Positions 50,456 to 59,551 of a stretch of DNA of 64,000 nucleotides are shown here, piece after piece; position 1 is the stretch's first letter; each line of letters opens with the position of its first letter. Origin of the DNA: Patescibacteria group bacterium (GTDB taxonomy: Bacteria; Patescibacteriota; Microgenomatia; UBA1406; GWC2-37-13); NCBI GenBank assembly GCA_038230655.1, contig JBBRMU010000003.1, forward strand, positions 10,288-74,287, written 5' to 3'. The position numbers were made by a program, and so were the translations under genes. A model generated the notes under the pieces. The model was not told where the DNA came from, did not search any database, and worked only from the letters and a program-made list of their open reading frames with translations.

Positions 50456-51001
50456 ATGCAGATTGTAAAGCTACGACAACATAAAGACGAACGAGGAATG
50501 TTGGTGGAAAATACTCTTCCTGAAATAATGAAGCAGTCGAACCATTTTTTCGTTTCCAAATCTCAGCCAGGAGTTGTTCGGGGAAACCACTATCACACCC
50601 ATAAATCGGAGTGGTTTTATGTGATTCAGGGAACATGTGAAATTATTGTAGAAGATATGAATACAAAAAAACGTGAAACAGTGACAATTAGATCCGAAGA
50701 TGAGAATATTTTTCATATGGAACCAGGAAAAGCTCATGCATTTAAAAATATAGGGAAAGATGAACTCATTGTTCTTGCACTTATCAACGACGTTTTGATC
50801 CTGAAAATCCTGACACAGTTCCCTATAAAATCTTATAGCTATGAATCAAGAAAAAAATATTTTGCTTGTTTCTCACTACACGCTTACTCCTGGACCAATG
50901 GACAAATTAGTAAGATACTTTCAAACTCATCTCTACAACACTACTTATATGACCTTTCCGCTATATCCAAAAAATGGTCTTCCCGTGCGAGTACAAAATG
51001 A
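50456..51001 (+). CDS. stand-alone cupin related to the CapF C-terminal (epimerase) domain; reading frame probably disrupted at 50793-50796
   Basis: DERGMLVE...VRGNHYH...EPGKAHAFKN cupin motifs. After the T4 run the -1 frame reads FDPENPDTVPYKIL* and stops at 50836-50838, 2 nt before the next gene. Confidence 0.65.
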   Translation: MQIVKLRQHKDERGMLVENTLPEIMKQSNHFFVSKSQPGVVRGNHYHTHKSEWFYVIQGTCEIIVEDMNTKKRETVTIRSEDENIFHMEPGKAHAFKNIGKDELIVLALINDVLILKILTQFPIKSYSYESRKKYFACFSLHAYSWTNGQISKILSNSSLQHYLYDLSAISKKWSSRASTK

Positions 51002-51974
51002 TAAAAACAAAATTGAGTTCAAACTTAACCTCTACTTTCAGTATATTGTTGAAGGAGCAGCTGTTTTTTTTCAGTACAAGAAAAAAAACAGCTTCAAACA
51101 CCAGTTTGATCTTTGTATTTGCGGAGATCCGCTGTCATTTCTTCATCTTTTCCTTCTAAAAAACCTGCTCAAAATTAAAAAAATAGTCTATCTGAATGTA
51201 GACTATACTGCACAACGTTTTAAAAATCCAATTCTCAACTTCATCTATCTGAAATTAAACCAGTTTTCCATAAAACGCTGTGACTATCTTTTTTACCTAA
51301 TTCCTGCGCTCGTAAATCAGCTTGATCCAGAAAAAAAATATCGCTCAAAGTCTTTTCATATTCGTCACTGGTTTAACTCAAAAAATATCGATCTCAACAA
51401 AAAACGTGAATCACACTCGATCATTTTTGCAGGAAATATTACGTATGCCGTTGAGTTTGAAGAGCTCTTTATTGCACTCGTTGATCTTAAGAAAGAAAAA
51501 ATTCCCTTTCATATGAGTATATACGGGGAAGGGGATAAAAAAGACTCAGTGCTTAGGAGAGTTAAAGATCTAAATCTAGAATCAGAAATAATGTACAGAG
51601 GAGTAGCAAAAAATGAAGATCTTACACAAACAATCTTTCCATCCTACCAGATAGGCATATGCCCCTATATCACAAAACCAGTACCAGGAAAATCTGAGCA
51701 TATGTTCAACCTTACTGATCTTTCAACTAAGTTAACTGAATACTGTGCGGCAGGTCTTCCTATCGTTACCACTCGCTTAAGCCCTGCCTTAGACGTTATT
51801 CCAGAAAATAAATTTGGTTTTTTAGCTAATAATTCTCACCAATGGTATACAGCTTTAAAAACTCTTCTTCAAAATAAAGATCTCTGTAAGACGTATAGTA
51901 AAAACTCATTGGCGTACTCTAAAAATTACGACGAGGAGGTTGTTCTCACACCAATCATCAAAAAAATAGTATAA
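50841..51974 (+). CDS. family 4 (GT-B) glycosyltransferase
   Basis: C-terminal GT-B donor-binding half (FAGN..., TKLTEYCAAGLPIVTT). Confidence 0.7.
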   Translation: MNQEKNILLVSHYTLTPGPMDKLVRYFQTHLYNTTYMTFPLYPKNGLPVRVQNDKNKIEFKLNLYFQYIVEGAAVFFQYKKKNSFKHQFDLCICGDPLSFLHLFLLKNLLKIKKIVYLNVDYTAQRFKNPILNFIYLKLNQFSIKRCDYLFYLIPALVNQLDPEKKYRSKSFHIRHWFNSKNIDLNKKRESHSIIFAGNITYAVEFEELFIALVDLKKEKIPFHMSIYGEGDKKDSVLRRVKDLNLESEIMYRGVAKNEDLTQTIFPSYQIGICPYITKPVPGKSEHMFNLTDLSTKLTEYCAAGLPIVTTRLSPALDVIPENKFGFLANNSHQWYTALKTLLQNKDLCKTYSKNSLAYSKNYDEEVVLTPIIKKIV

Positions 51975-51985
51975 AATAATGAACT

Positions 51986-53803
51986 ATGTGTGGAATTTGC
52001 GGATTTAACTACCAAAATAAAAAGACGCTTAAAGCAATGAATGACGAAATAGCCCATCGTGGACCGAATGGAGAAGGATTTTATGTTGATGATCAAGTAA
52101 GCTTAGGACATCGCAGGCTGAGCATAATTGATCTAAAAGGGGGCAAAAACCCCATTTATAACGAGGATAAAAGCATTCTGATTATGTATAACGGGGAAGT
52201 CTATAACTATCGTACTCTGCAGCCTGAACTCGAAAAAAAAGGACACCATTTTTATACTATTTGCGACACCGAGACCGTAGTTCATGCCTATGAAGAGTAC
52301 AGTTTTGACTGCTTAAAACATTTTAACGGCATGTTTGCATTCTGTATTTATGATAGGAACAAAGATCTGCTTTTTCTTGCCCGTGACAGATTTGGAATCA
52401 AACCTCTCTACTACTACCATAAAGATGGAAAGTTCATTTTTGCTTCTGAAATCAAAGCGATTCTTAAAAATCCAGATGTTGAAACTATGCCAAACGATAA
52501 AGTAATCAAAAACTACTTAAAAAATAATATGATCCCGGAAGATATTCCAGAAACGTTCTATGAGAATATATTCAAATTAATGCCATCGCACTATGCAGTC
52601 GTCAAAGATGGTGAATTAAAAATAAAACGGTACTACAGCCTTAAAACAATCAACCATAATATCAGTAGTTCTGATAATGAAAAAGACCAGATTCAAAAAT
52701 ACCATGACCTTTTTACTGATTCAGTTAGACTTCGTCTCATTAGCGATGTTCCTGTTGGTTCTTGTCTATCAGGTGGAGTAGATTCATCGTCCATAGTTGC
52801 AGTGATCGATGATCTACTGAAGAAAAAAGTTGAAGAAGGTTCTTCGGTGAAAGGCAAATTGAACTGCTTTTCAGCAGTGTATGATGACCCAACTTGCGAT
52901 GAGCGCGAGTATATTAAAGCTGCACTCAAAAATAAAAAAGCAATTTCCCACTATACATTTCCTATTGCAAAAGGCTTCTGGCACGACTTAAATAAAGTGA
53001 TCTATCATCAAGATGAGCCCACGGAGACGATTGCAGTGTATGCTCAGTACTGTGTTATGAGAATCGCTGAAGGAAAAGTAAAAGTACTGCTCGACGGGCA
53101 GGGGAGCGATGAGTCTGTTGCTGGCTATATTCCATACTACCGACACTATCTGCTTGATCTACTCAAAAACATCCAGATAATTCAATTTCTAAAAGAAGTC
53201 GTTTTTGGCTTTAATTTTCACAAAGGCTTAATCAAATCTTTTATGACGATTACTAAGTCACAGCAGCTGAGTGCGAACTTTTTCCCAGATAACGCAGTTC
53301 CAAATGTCAACTATATTCAAAATAGCAATATGTCGCTCACCGATAGACAGTTTTTTGACCTCAATCATAACTTGCCTAAAGTTCTCAAATATGAAGATCG
53401 AAACTCGATGGCTTTTGGCATCGAGGCGCGACTACCTTTTCTGGACTATCGGCTGGTTGAGTTCTCTTTTTCACTTCCTGAGAATATGAAGATCAGAAAC
53501 GGATGGACAAAGTATGTTCTTCGAGAAGCCATGACCGGAACAGTCGCCGATAAAATTGTCAAACGAAAAAGCAAGTATGGATACCCCGTTCCAGATTATG
53601 AATGGCTAACCACAAATAAAGAGCACATTCTAAAAGTTTTTAAGTCTAAAAAATTTGCTGAAAGAGGCTACTTTAATCAACCAGAAATTGTGAAAGCATT
53701 TGAGACGTATATAAACGACAAATCTCTTATGAACCTTTCTACATATTTCTGGAGAATCCTCAATTTAGAGCTATGGTTACGGATTTTTTTCGACAAAATA
53801 TGA
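51986..53803 (+). CDS. asparagine synthase (glutamine-hydrolysing) family amidotransferase (WbpS-like)
   Basis: N-terminal MCGI nucleophile Cys, and SGGVDSS PP-loop in the synthetase domain. Confidence 0.9.
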   Translation: MCGICGFNYQNKKTLKAMNDEIAHRGPNGEGFYVDDQVSLGHRRLSIIDLKGGKNPIYNEDKSILIMYNGEVYNYRTLQPELEKKGHHFYTICDTETVVHAYEEYSFDCLKHFNGMFAFCIYDRNKDLLFLARDRFGIKPLYYYHKDGKFIFASEIKAILKNPDVETMPNDKVIKNYLKNNMIPEDIPETFYENIFKLMPSHYAVVKDGELKIKRYYSLKTINHNISSSDNEKDQIQKYHDLFTDSVRLRLISDVPVGSCLSGGVDSSSIVAVIDDLLKKKVEEGSSVKGKLNCFSAVYDDPTCDEREYIKAALKNKKAISHYTFPIAKGFWHDLNKVIYHQDEPTETIAVYAQYCVMRIAEGKVKVLLDGQGSDESVAGYIPYYRHYLLDLLKNIQIIQFLKEVVFGFNFHKGLIKSFMTITKSQQLSANFFPDNAVPNVNYIQNSNMSLTDRQFFDLNHNLPKVLKYEDRNSMAFGIEARLPFLDYRLVEFSFSLPENMKIRNGWTKYVLREAMTGTVADKIVKRKSKYGYPVPDYEWLTTNKEHILKVFKSKKFAERGYFNQPEIVKAFETYINDKSLMNLSTYFWRILNLELWLRIFFDKI

Positions 53804-53816
53804 TAAAATTGAAAAT

Positions 53817-55001
53817 ATGAAAGTCTCAGTTTCTGGAATCGGAAAAGCAGGTCTCCCTTTAGCATCGGTTATTGCTGAAGCAGGTCTTGAAGTGATTGGA
53901 GTCGGTCGAAATGAGGAAAGAATAAAAAGTTTGAACAACGCTGTCAACCCAATTCCTGAAGAGACAGGTCTTGCTCAACTTCTCAAAAAAAATGTTGGTA
54001 AACGACTTCAGTTTACTTCAGATGGAGTTCAAGCAGCAAAAGAAACCCAAGTTCATGTGATTATCGTTCCTCTGTTTATTACTGACAAAAAAGAAACAGA
54101 TTTGAGTAACATCAAAGATGCAACAACTATTATCGCGAAAGGACTTAAAAAGGGGGATTTAGTTGTTTTAGAAACTACAGTTCCCATTGGAACGACCAAT
54201 AAAGTAATCAAGCCTATTCTTGAAAAACTATCTAGGCTCAAAGCCGGGAAAGATTTCTATCTGGCTTTTTCGCCTGAAAGAATGATGACCGGATTTGCAA
54301 TTTCTCGCTACAAAGAAGTGCCAAAAGTTGTCGGTGGTATAGATGAAAAATCTACCAAAAAAGTTGCGGATTTTTATAGAAAATTTTGTACTACAGTAGT
54401 TGAAGTCAGCAATATGGAGACAGCGGAAATGACCAAAATAGCTGAAGGCGTATACCGAGATGTAAATATTGCACTAGCAAATGAACTTCTCAAAATCGCG
54501 GAGAAAAATACCATTAATTATTGGGAAGTTCAAAAAGCATCTCAGACGTTTGCTTGCCATCTGCATGAGCCAGGAAATGTCGGAGGTCACTGCATTCCTG
54601 TGTATCCGTGGTTTCTTATCAACTCATTTGATGTTCCTCTCATAAAAAATGCCCGCCTTTTGAACGACGATATGATCTCATATTACGCTCAAAAAGTCGA
54701 AAAAGTGGCAAAAAAAGGTCAAAAAGTACTGGTCGTAGGAATTAGCTTCCGTGAAGGAGTCAAAGAGACTGCATATACCCGTGGTTTTCCGTTTATTAAA
54801 CTCCTTCAGAAAAAAGGGTTTCACGTTTTGGTATATGATCCTCTGTATTCTAAAAAAGAAGTTGAAGCTTTTGGGTATGAGTATTCAGATGAATTCAGAT
54901 CATCAAAAGCTGTCATATTAATGAACAAATACCCAGAACTTAAAAAAACTCTTTCTAAGTTGGGTGTCAAAGTTATCGACGTTAAAAACTCTGTTCGATA
55001 A
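53817..55001 (+). CDS. nucleotide-sugar 6-dehydrogenase (UDP-glucose/GDP-mannose dehydrogenase family; WbpA/WecC-like)
   Basis: N-terminal Rossmann motif GIGKAGLP, catalytic Cys context (GGHCIP) and C-terminal UDP-binding domain. Confidence 0.85.
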   Translation: MKVSVSGIGKAGLPLASVIAEAGLEVIGVGRNEERIKSLNNAVNPIPEETGLAQLLKKNVGKRLQFTSDGVQAAKETQVHVIIVPLFITDKKETDLSNIKDATTIIAKGLKKGDLVVLETTVPIGTTNKVIKPILEKLSRLKAGKDFYLAFSPERMMTGFAISRYKEVPKVVGGIDEKSTKKVADFYRKFCTTVVEVSNMETAEMTKIAEGVYRDVNIALANELLKIAEKNTINYWEVQKASQTFACHLHEPGNVGGHCIPVYPWFLINSFDVPLIKNARLLNDDMISYYAQKVEKVAKKGQKVLVVGISFREGVKETAYTRGFPFIKLLQKKGFHVLVYDPLYSKKEVEAFGYEYSDEFRSSKAVILMNKYPELKKTLSKLGVKVIDVKNSVR

Positions 55002-55005
55002 TCAG

Positions 55006-56079
55006 ATGAAAATCGTAACAGTACTTGGAACTCGCCCTAACTTCATAAAAGCATATCTTATAAGCCAAGAACTTAAGAGAAAAAATATACAAGAAGTTAT
55101 AATTCATACCGGCCAGCACTATGACTATAAAATGAGTGAGATTTTCTTCAAAGATCTTGGCATTCCAAAACCAGATTACACAACAAATTTAAAAGGAACT
55201 CAGATTAACGAGATGACAATCAAAATAAGGGAGATAATTGCGAAAGAACATCCCCAGATGGTGCTTGTGTATGGTGATACAAACTCTACTCTAGCTGGAG
55301 CAATCGCGGCATTTCGAGAAGGTGTTCCCATTGCACACGTCGAAGGCGGAGTGCGCAGTTTTAATCTGGAAATGGCTGAAGAGAGAAATAGAATTATTAT
55401 TGATCACTACTCAGCTCTATCGTTCACTCCAAATGAACTAAGTAAAAAAAATCTAGAAAATGAGTCTAAAGAAAATGTCTATTTTACTGGCGATGTTCTT
55501 AATGACTCAGTTTTACACAATTTAGAAGCAATAAAAGAGAAGAAGTTATACAAAAATTATGGAGTAGTAGATAGTGAGTACTACATAATGACACTTCACC
55601 GACAAGAAACAGTAGACGTGAAAGAAAATTTAGAAGGGATACTTGAAACGTTTAAAGATCTGAAAGATATCATTTTCCCTATTCACCCTCGTACTAAACA
55701 AAATTTAACAAACTTTAATCTTCTGGAAGCATTTAAAAAAAAATTTATTTTAATTGATCCGTTAACTTATTTAGATATGCTTTCCTTAGTCTATGACTCT
55801 AAGCTCGTTCTTACTGATTCAGGAGGGATTCAAAAAGAAGCATATTTTCTACACATACCGTGTGTCGCGCTGATGGATTTACCTGTTGTACCTGAACTAG
55901 TTGATCTGGGCTGGAACATGACTGTTGGATTAGATAGAGAAAAAATTCGAGCAGCTATACGTTCATTCTCGACTGATCAAAAATATCTAAAAAACTTCGA
56001 TAAGCACCTCTATGGTGAAGGGAAAGCACATTCTCAGATAGTTAACCTCATCGAAACCTATGACACAGCTCAGAAATAA
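55006..56079 (+). CDS. wecB: UDP-N-acetylglucosamine 2-epimerase (non-hydrolysing) family (WecB/WbpI/CapG-like)
   Basis: MKIVTVLGTRPNFIK, HTGQHYD, GDTNST, HVEGG(VRS) and DSGGIQKEA. Confidence 0.92.
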   Translation: MKIVTVLGTRPNFIKAYLISQELKRKNIQEVIIHTGQHYDYKMSEIFFKDLGIPKPDYTTNLKGTQINEMTIKIREIIAKEHPQMVLVYGDTNSTLAGAIAAFREGVPIAHVEGGVRSFNLEMAEERNRIIIDHYSALSFTPNELSKKNLENESKENVYFTGDVLNDSVLHNLEAIKEKKLYKNYGVVDSEYYIMTLHRQETVDVKENLEGILETFKDLKDIIFPIHPRTKQNLTNFNLLEAFKKKFILIDPLTYLDMLSLVYDSKLVLTDSGGIQKEAYFLHIPCVALMDLPVVPELVDLGWNMTVGLDREKIRAAIRSFSTDQKYLKNFDKHLYGEGKAHSQIVNLIETYDTAQK

Positions 56080-57217
56080 AAAAAAGAAGTTGCTAATGTT
56101 TAGCGCAGGACTCGCAGGAGGTAGCTTTATGGCACTCAAGAACTTCGCAGAAGTTGCATATAAAGAGTATGACATTACAATCATCGGACTAGGAACGAAG
56201 CCCATGCATTCTGAAAAATATGAAATTATAGGGATTCCCTACCCACGATATGACGGCGTGTTTGGCCATATTACAGCTAAGTATCAGCTTCTCAATCTTA
56301 TTTTTCAACTTCCTCTCTATATTATTGGCTTTCTAATGCTTCTAAAAGACCGCCCACGAGTAGTTTTTTTTAATGGACTCGCAACAATGATTCCTCTTCT
56401 TCCTTTTGCAAAACTAGTGCAAGCCAAAGTAGTTCTTTCTTTCAGAAGTTGGTGGGATCAAGATCGCTTTGGGAAAATTAAACCACTTATCGATTGGTAC
56501 GGAAAGCATACAGATATTGCGTATGTAAACTCGATCGGCACAAAAGAGAATCTATCACAGATAATTCCTTCCGATCGAATTGTCGTTGTTTCTCACCATG
56601 CTAATCCGTTATTTTTTGAGACAAGAGACAGAGATCAAATTCGAAAAAACTTGGGTCTTTCAAAACAGTTTGTATTTTTGTATGTAGGAAGAATGGATGA
56701 AGAAAAACATATTCCGTTGTGGTTAGACGTGATAAAAAGTTTTGAAAAAGATAGTTCTTTAAAGTTTCTGTTTATTGGAAATGGAAGATTGGTGCAATCA
56801 ATTACTGCTCTCGAAAAAAAGAACTCTCAGATTCAATATCTTGGATTTATGAACAAACCGAGCAAACTTTCACAATACTATACTGCAGCAGATATACTTT
56901 TTACAAACGCCGACGAGACATATCTCTCTCGTCCAGCGATCGAAGCTCTTTCTTGTAGTACGCCAATTATGGTGCCCTCTATTCCAGCAGTAGGAGAAAA
57001 AATTTCTAAAGGAATGACAATTCCGGATACCTTATTTCCTCAAACAGTTGGATGGCTCTTAAAACAGAATACTAAAGATGCTGTGCACAAACTGATTGTA
57101 GATATCATAAAAAATGATGAAGCTACAAAAAAAAGATCGACATGTTTACAGTATGCTCAAAAAGAGTATAAGAAAGATCCAAATGAGCTACTGTTGGAGG
57201 CTCTATTACGTGTATAA
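56060..57217 (+). CDS. family 4 (GT-B) glycosyltransferase
   Basis: VGRMDEEK and the E-x7-E region (RPAIEALSCSTPIMV). An alternative ATG at 56096 would remove the 20-nt overlap with wecB. Confidence 0.78.
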   Translation: MTQLRNKKKKLLMFSAGLAGGSFMALKNFAEVAYKEYDITIIGLGTKPMHSEKYEIIGIPYPRYDGVFGHITAKYQLLNLIFQLPLYIIGFLMLLKDRPRVVFFNGLATMIPLLPFAKLVQAKVVLSFRSWWDQDRFGKIKPLIDWYGKHTDIAYVNSIGTKENLSQIIPSDRIVVVSHHANPLFFETRDRDQIRKNLGLSKQFVFLYVGRMDEEKHIPLWLDVIKSFEKDSSLKFLFIGNGRLVQSITALEKKNSQIQYLGFMNKPSKLSQYYTAADILFTNADETYLSRPAIEALSCSTPIMVPSIPAVGEKISKGMTIPDTLFPQTVGWLLKQNTKDAVHKLIVDIIKNDEATKKRSTCLQYAQKEYKKDPNELLLEALLRV

Positions 57218-57226
57218 TAAATCACT

Positions 57227-59551
57227 ATGTCGTGGATACAAAAAACTGCATTAAAACTCAAAACAGAGCTTCGAACGAACTGGATATTTTATCTTATTTT
57301 CGTGCTGTTATTGATTTTACCGTTTTTGTGGTTTTCAAAACATCTTTATATACTTGGTGACGATGATACCGGACTTTCATACTACAACCCGCTTGGCATG
57401 TTGAAAACTGCACTTTCAACGTGGTACTCGCTTGACCATATAGCCCGCTTTGAAGAGTCCGTCGGACACCAAATCGTTTTTAGCTCTGTACTACAGTTGA
57501 TTAAAATTGTCACTTTCAACTTAGTAAACATTGATCAACTGGCGTTTGGTATTATCATGAGTTTTTCATTTTTCTATATTGTAAAAACGCTTGAACTTCT
57601 TCACAACAACAAACCTTCTCTAGCATTTTATTTTGCGGGTTTGTTTTTTGCAATCTCGCCAAACTTTATCTTTACCGAATACTACTATTTACTGCCATCT
57701 ACCTTTGCGATTTTGCTCTGTCCAGCTGTTTTATATCATTTGCTCAAGGCATACAAAACGCGTTCAATCAGGCCGCTTTTTATCAGTGCAGTGTGGACAT
57801 TTATTTTATCGAGAGCTATTATTACTCCTTTTTTCATCAATTTTTTTGCATTTTTGACCGTTTTTTACTTCCTCTATGTTTTTTTCACTGATGGCTTTAA
57901 ACAAGTTCTGACTGCAGCCAAGTACCTTATTATTTCGGTTTTGCTAATTACCTTGATTAACTCAATGATTCTAGTCCCTATAATCTACTCTTCTTCTCAA
58001 AAGGGGAGTAGTGCTTTGGAAGACTCAGTAATAAATCGAAATGAGCCCTCGTATATTGACAATATGCTTTCGTATATTCAGCAGGAGGTTCGGCTAAACC
58101 GGGTAAACTACTATCTAAACAATATCTATCCTGAACCCATAATTAATCTACAAGGTTTTAGAAGCTCGGATTTTTATCCTGCATACATAGATAAAACTTA
58201 CTTACTTATGTACATCATCACATTCGCAATGCTAGCTGGTCTCCTTTTTTCTGCTCAAAAAAAGAAAATTTTAATTCCAGTTCTTCTACTTTATATAACG
58301 ACTCTTTTATTCATGAGCGTAAATATTCTTGATAGCTTCAAACAGTTTTATTTTTTCTTGATGACGCATACTCCTGTTTTCAATATGAACCGTGTTCCAT
58401 CGATGAAGTTTAATCTTCCTTTTATTTTTTACGGATCTCTTTTGCTAGGAATCAGTTTAGATTCCCTTTTTAAGAAATTTCCTAAATGGAAAAATGTAGT
58501 TTTTTTACTTTGTTTACTAGCACTTTGTGCAAATAGTTTTATTTTGATTACTGGAAAACTCTTTACTCAAAAACTACCTCCTTTAGATACAGTTCGAGCA
58601 ATGGACTTTAATAAAGATTATAAACAGCTGACTAAAGATTTTCGAGCCTATATCCATGACGATGCTAGACTTGTACTTTTTCCACTTGGCTACGGATTTG
58701 GATCTTTCATTGCAGGAGAAGACCCATCTCAGTACTATCGTTCAACAGTCACCGGATTTAAGAGTTTTACAGGATATGATATGTTTGGAACAATAAGAAA
58801 TTTTGATATTGTTCTTGATAAAGACTATCTTACAAAAGCGAACGACTACTACTTTAGCCATAATCTGGCCGACTTTTATCAACTAGCACAAGACCTCAAT
58901 ATAAAGTACGTTGTATACACAAAAAACCTAGCGCCTCTCAAAAAATTTGGCGAGCTTGTTCCTACAAGTACATATAACAGCCCTGATTACTACTCTGTAG
59001 CAGATACTTCACATGTGGTGTATGAAAATGCTGGATATAAAATATATAGACTAAAAACGTATAATGACACTTCTAAGTTTACTGCTGACAAAAAAACAAC
59101 AGACCTTTCATTTAGCAGAGTTTCTGATTTTATCTATTTGCTTAAAGTAAAAACAGACGGCACTGACTTTATTAAATTTAGAGAAAGTTACTCCAGTAAG
59201 TGGAACTTGTACCAAATCTCACCAAATGATTTTAACTGTTTAGAAGGACATAACTACGCAACTTCCTTTCCAAATATTACTGAATGTGCACACCCAATGG
59301 ATAATATCACGGGGATTAAAGAGCTGGTAAGCCTCAAAAAAGAGCCTTACTTACAAACAAATCATTTTCAGTATGGAACATTTGCAAATGGATGGAAAAT
59401 TAAGAGCGACAAAGATTATATCTATTTTGCGCTCGTCTTTGACGGAGAAAGTTCTTTATTTTTAGGCCTTGGAGTTAGTTTTGGTGTTTTACTTGTTTGT
59501 ATCGTCGCATACTGTATCCTTGGTATTAAGAAACGTTCTACGAAAAAATGA
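57227..59551 (+). CDS. large polytopic membrane protein, GT-C-like candidate (774 aa)
   Basis: Acidic motif YILGDDDTGLSYYNP follows TM1. It has about 12 TM segments, a soluble domain of about 330 aa and a terminal TM. Confidence 0.5.
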   Translation: MSWIQKTALKLKTELRTNWIFYLIFVLLLILPFLWFSKHLYILGDDDTGLSYYNPLGMLKTALSTWYSLDHIARFEESVGHQIVFSSVLQLIKIVTFNLVNIDQLAFGIIMSFSFFYIVKTLELLHNNKPSLAFYFAGLFFAISPNFIFTEYYYLLPSTFAILLCPAVLYHLLKAYKTRSIRPLFISAVWTFILSRAIITPFFINFFAFLTVFYFLYVFFTDGFKQVLTAAKYLIISVLLITLINSMILVPIIYSSSQKGSSALEDSVINRNEPSYIDNMLSYIQQEVRLNRVNYYLNNIYPEPIINLQGFRSSDFYPAYIDKTYLLMYIITFAMLAGLLFSAQKKKILIPVLLLYITTLLFMSVNILDSFKQFYFFLMTHTPVFNMNRVPSMKFNLPFIFYGSLLLGISLDSLFKKFPKWKNVVFLLCLLALCANSFILITGKLFTQKLPPLDTVRAMDFNKDYKQLTKDFRAYIHDDARLVLFPLGYGFGSFIAGEDPSQYYRSTVTGFKSFTGYDMFGTIRNFDIVLDKDYLTKANDYYFSHNLADFYQLAQDLNIKYVVYTKNLAPLKKFGELVPTSTYNSPDYYSVADTSHVVYENAGYKIYRLKTYNDTSKFTADKKTTDLSFSRVSDFIYLLKVKTDGTDFIKFRESYSSKWNLYQISPNDFNCLEGHNYATSFPNITECAHPMDNITGIKELVSLKKEPYLQTNHFQYGTFANGWKIKSDKDYIYFALVFDGESSLFLGLGVSFGVLLVCIVAYCILGIKKRSTKK

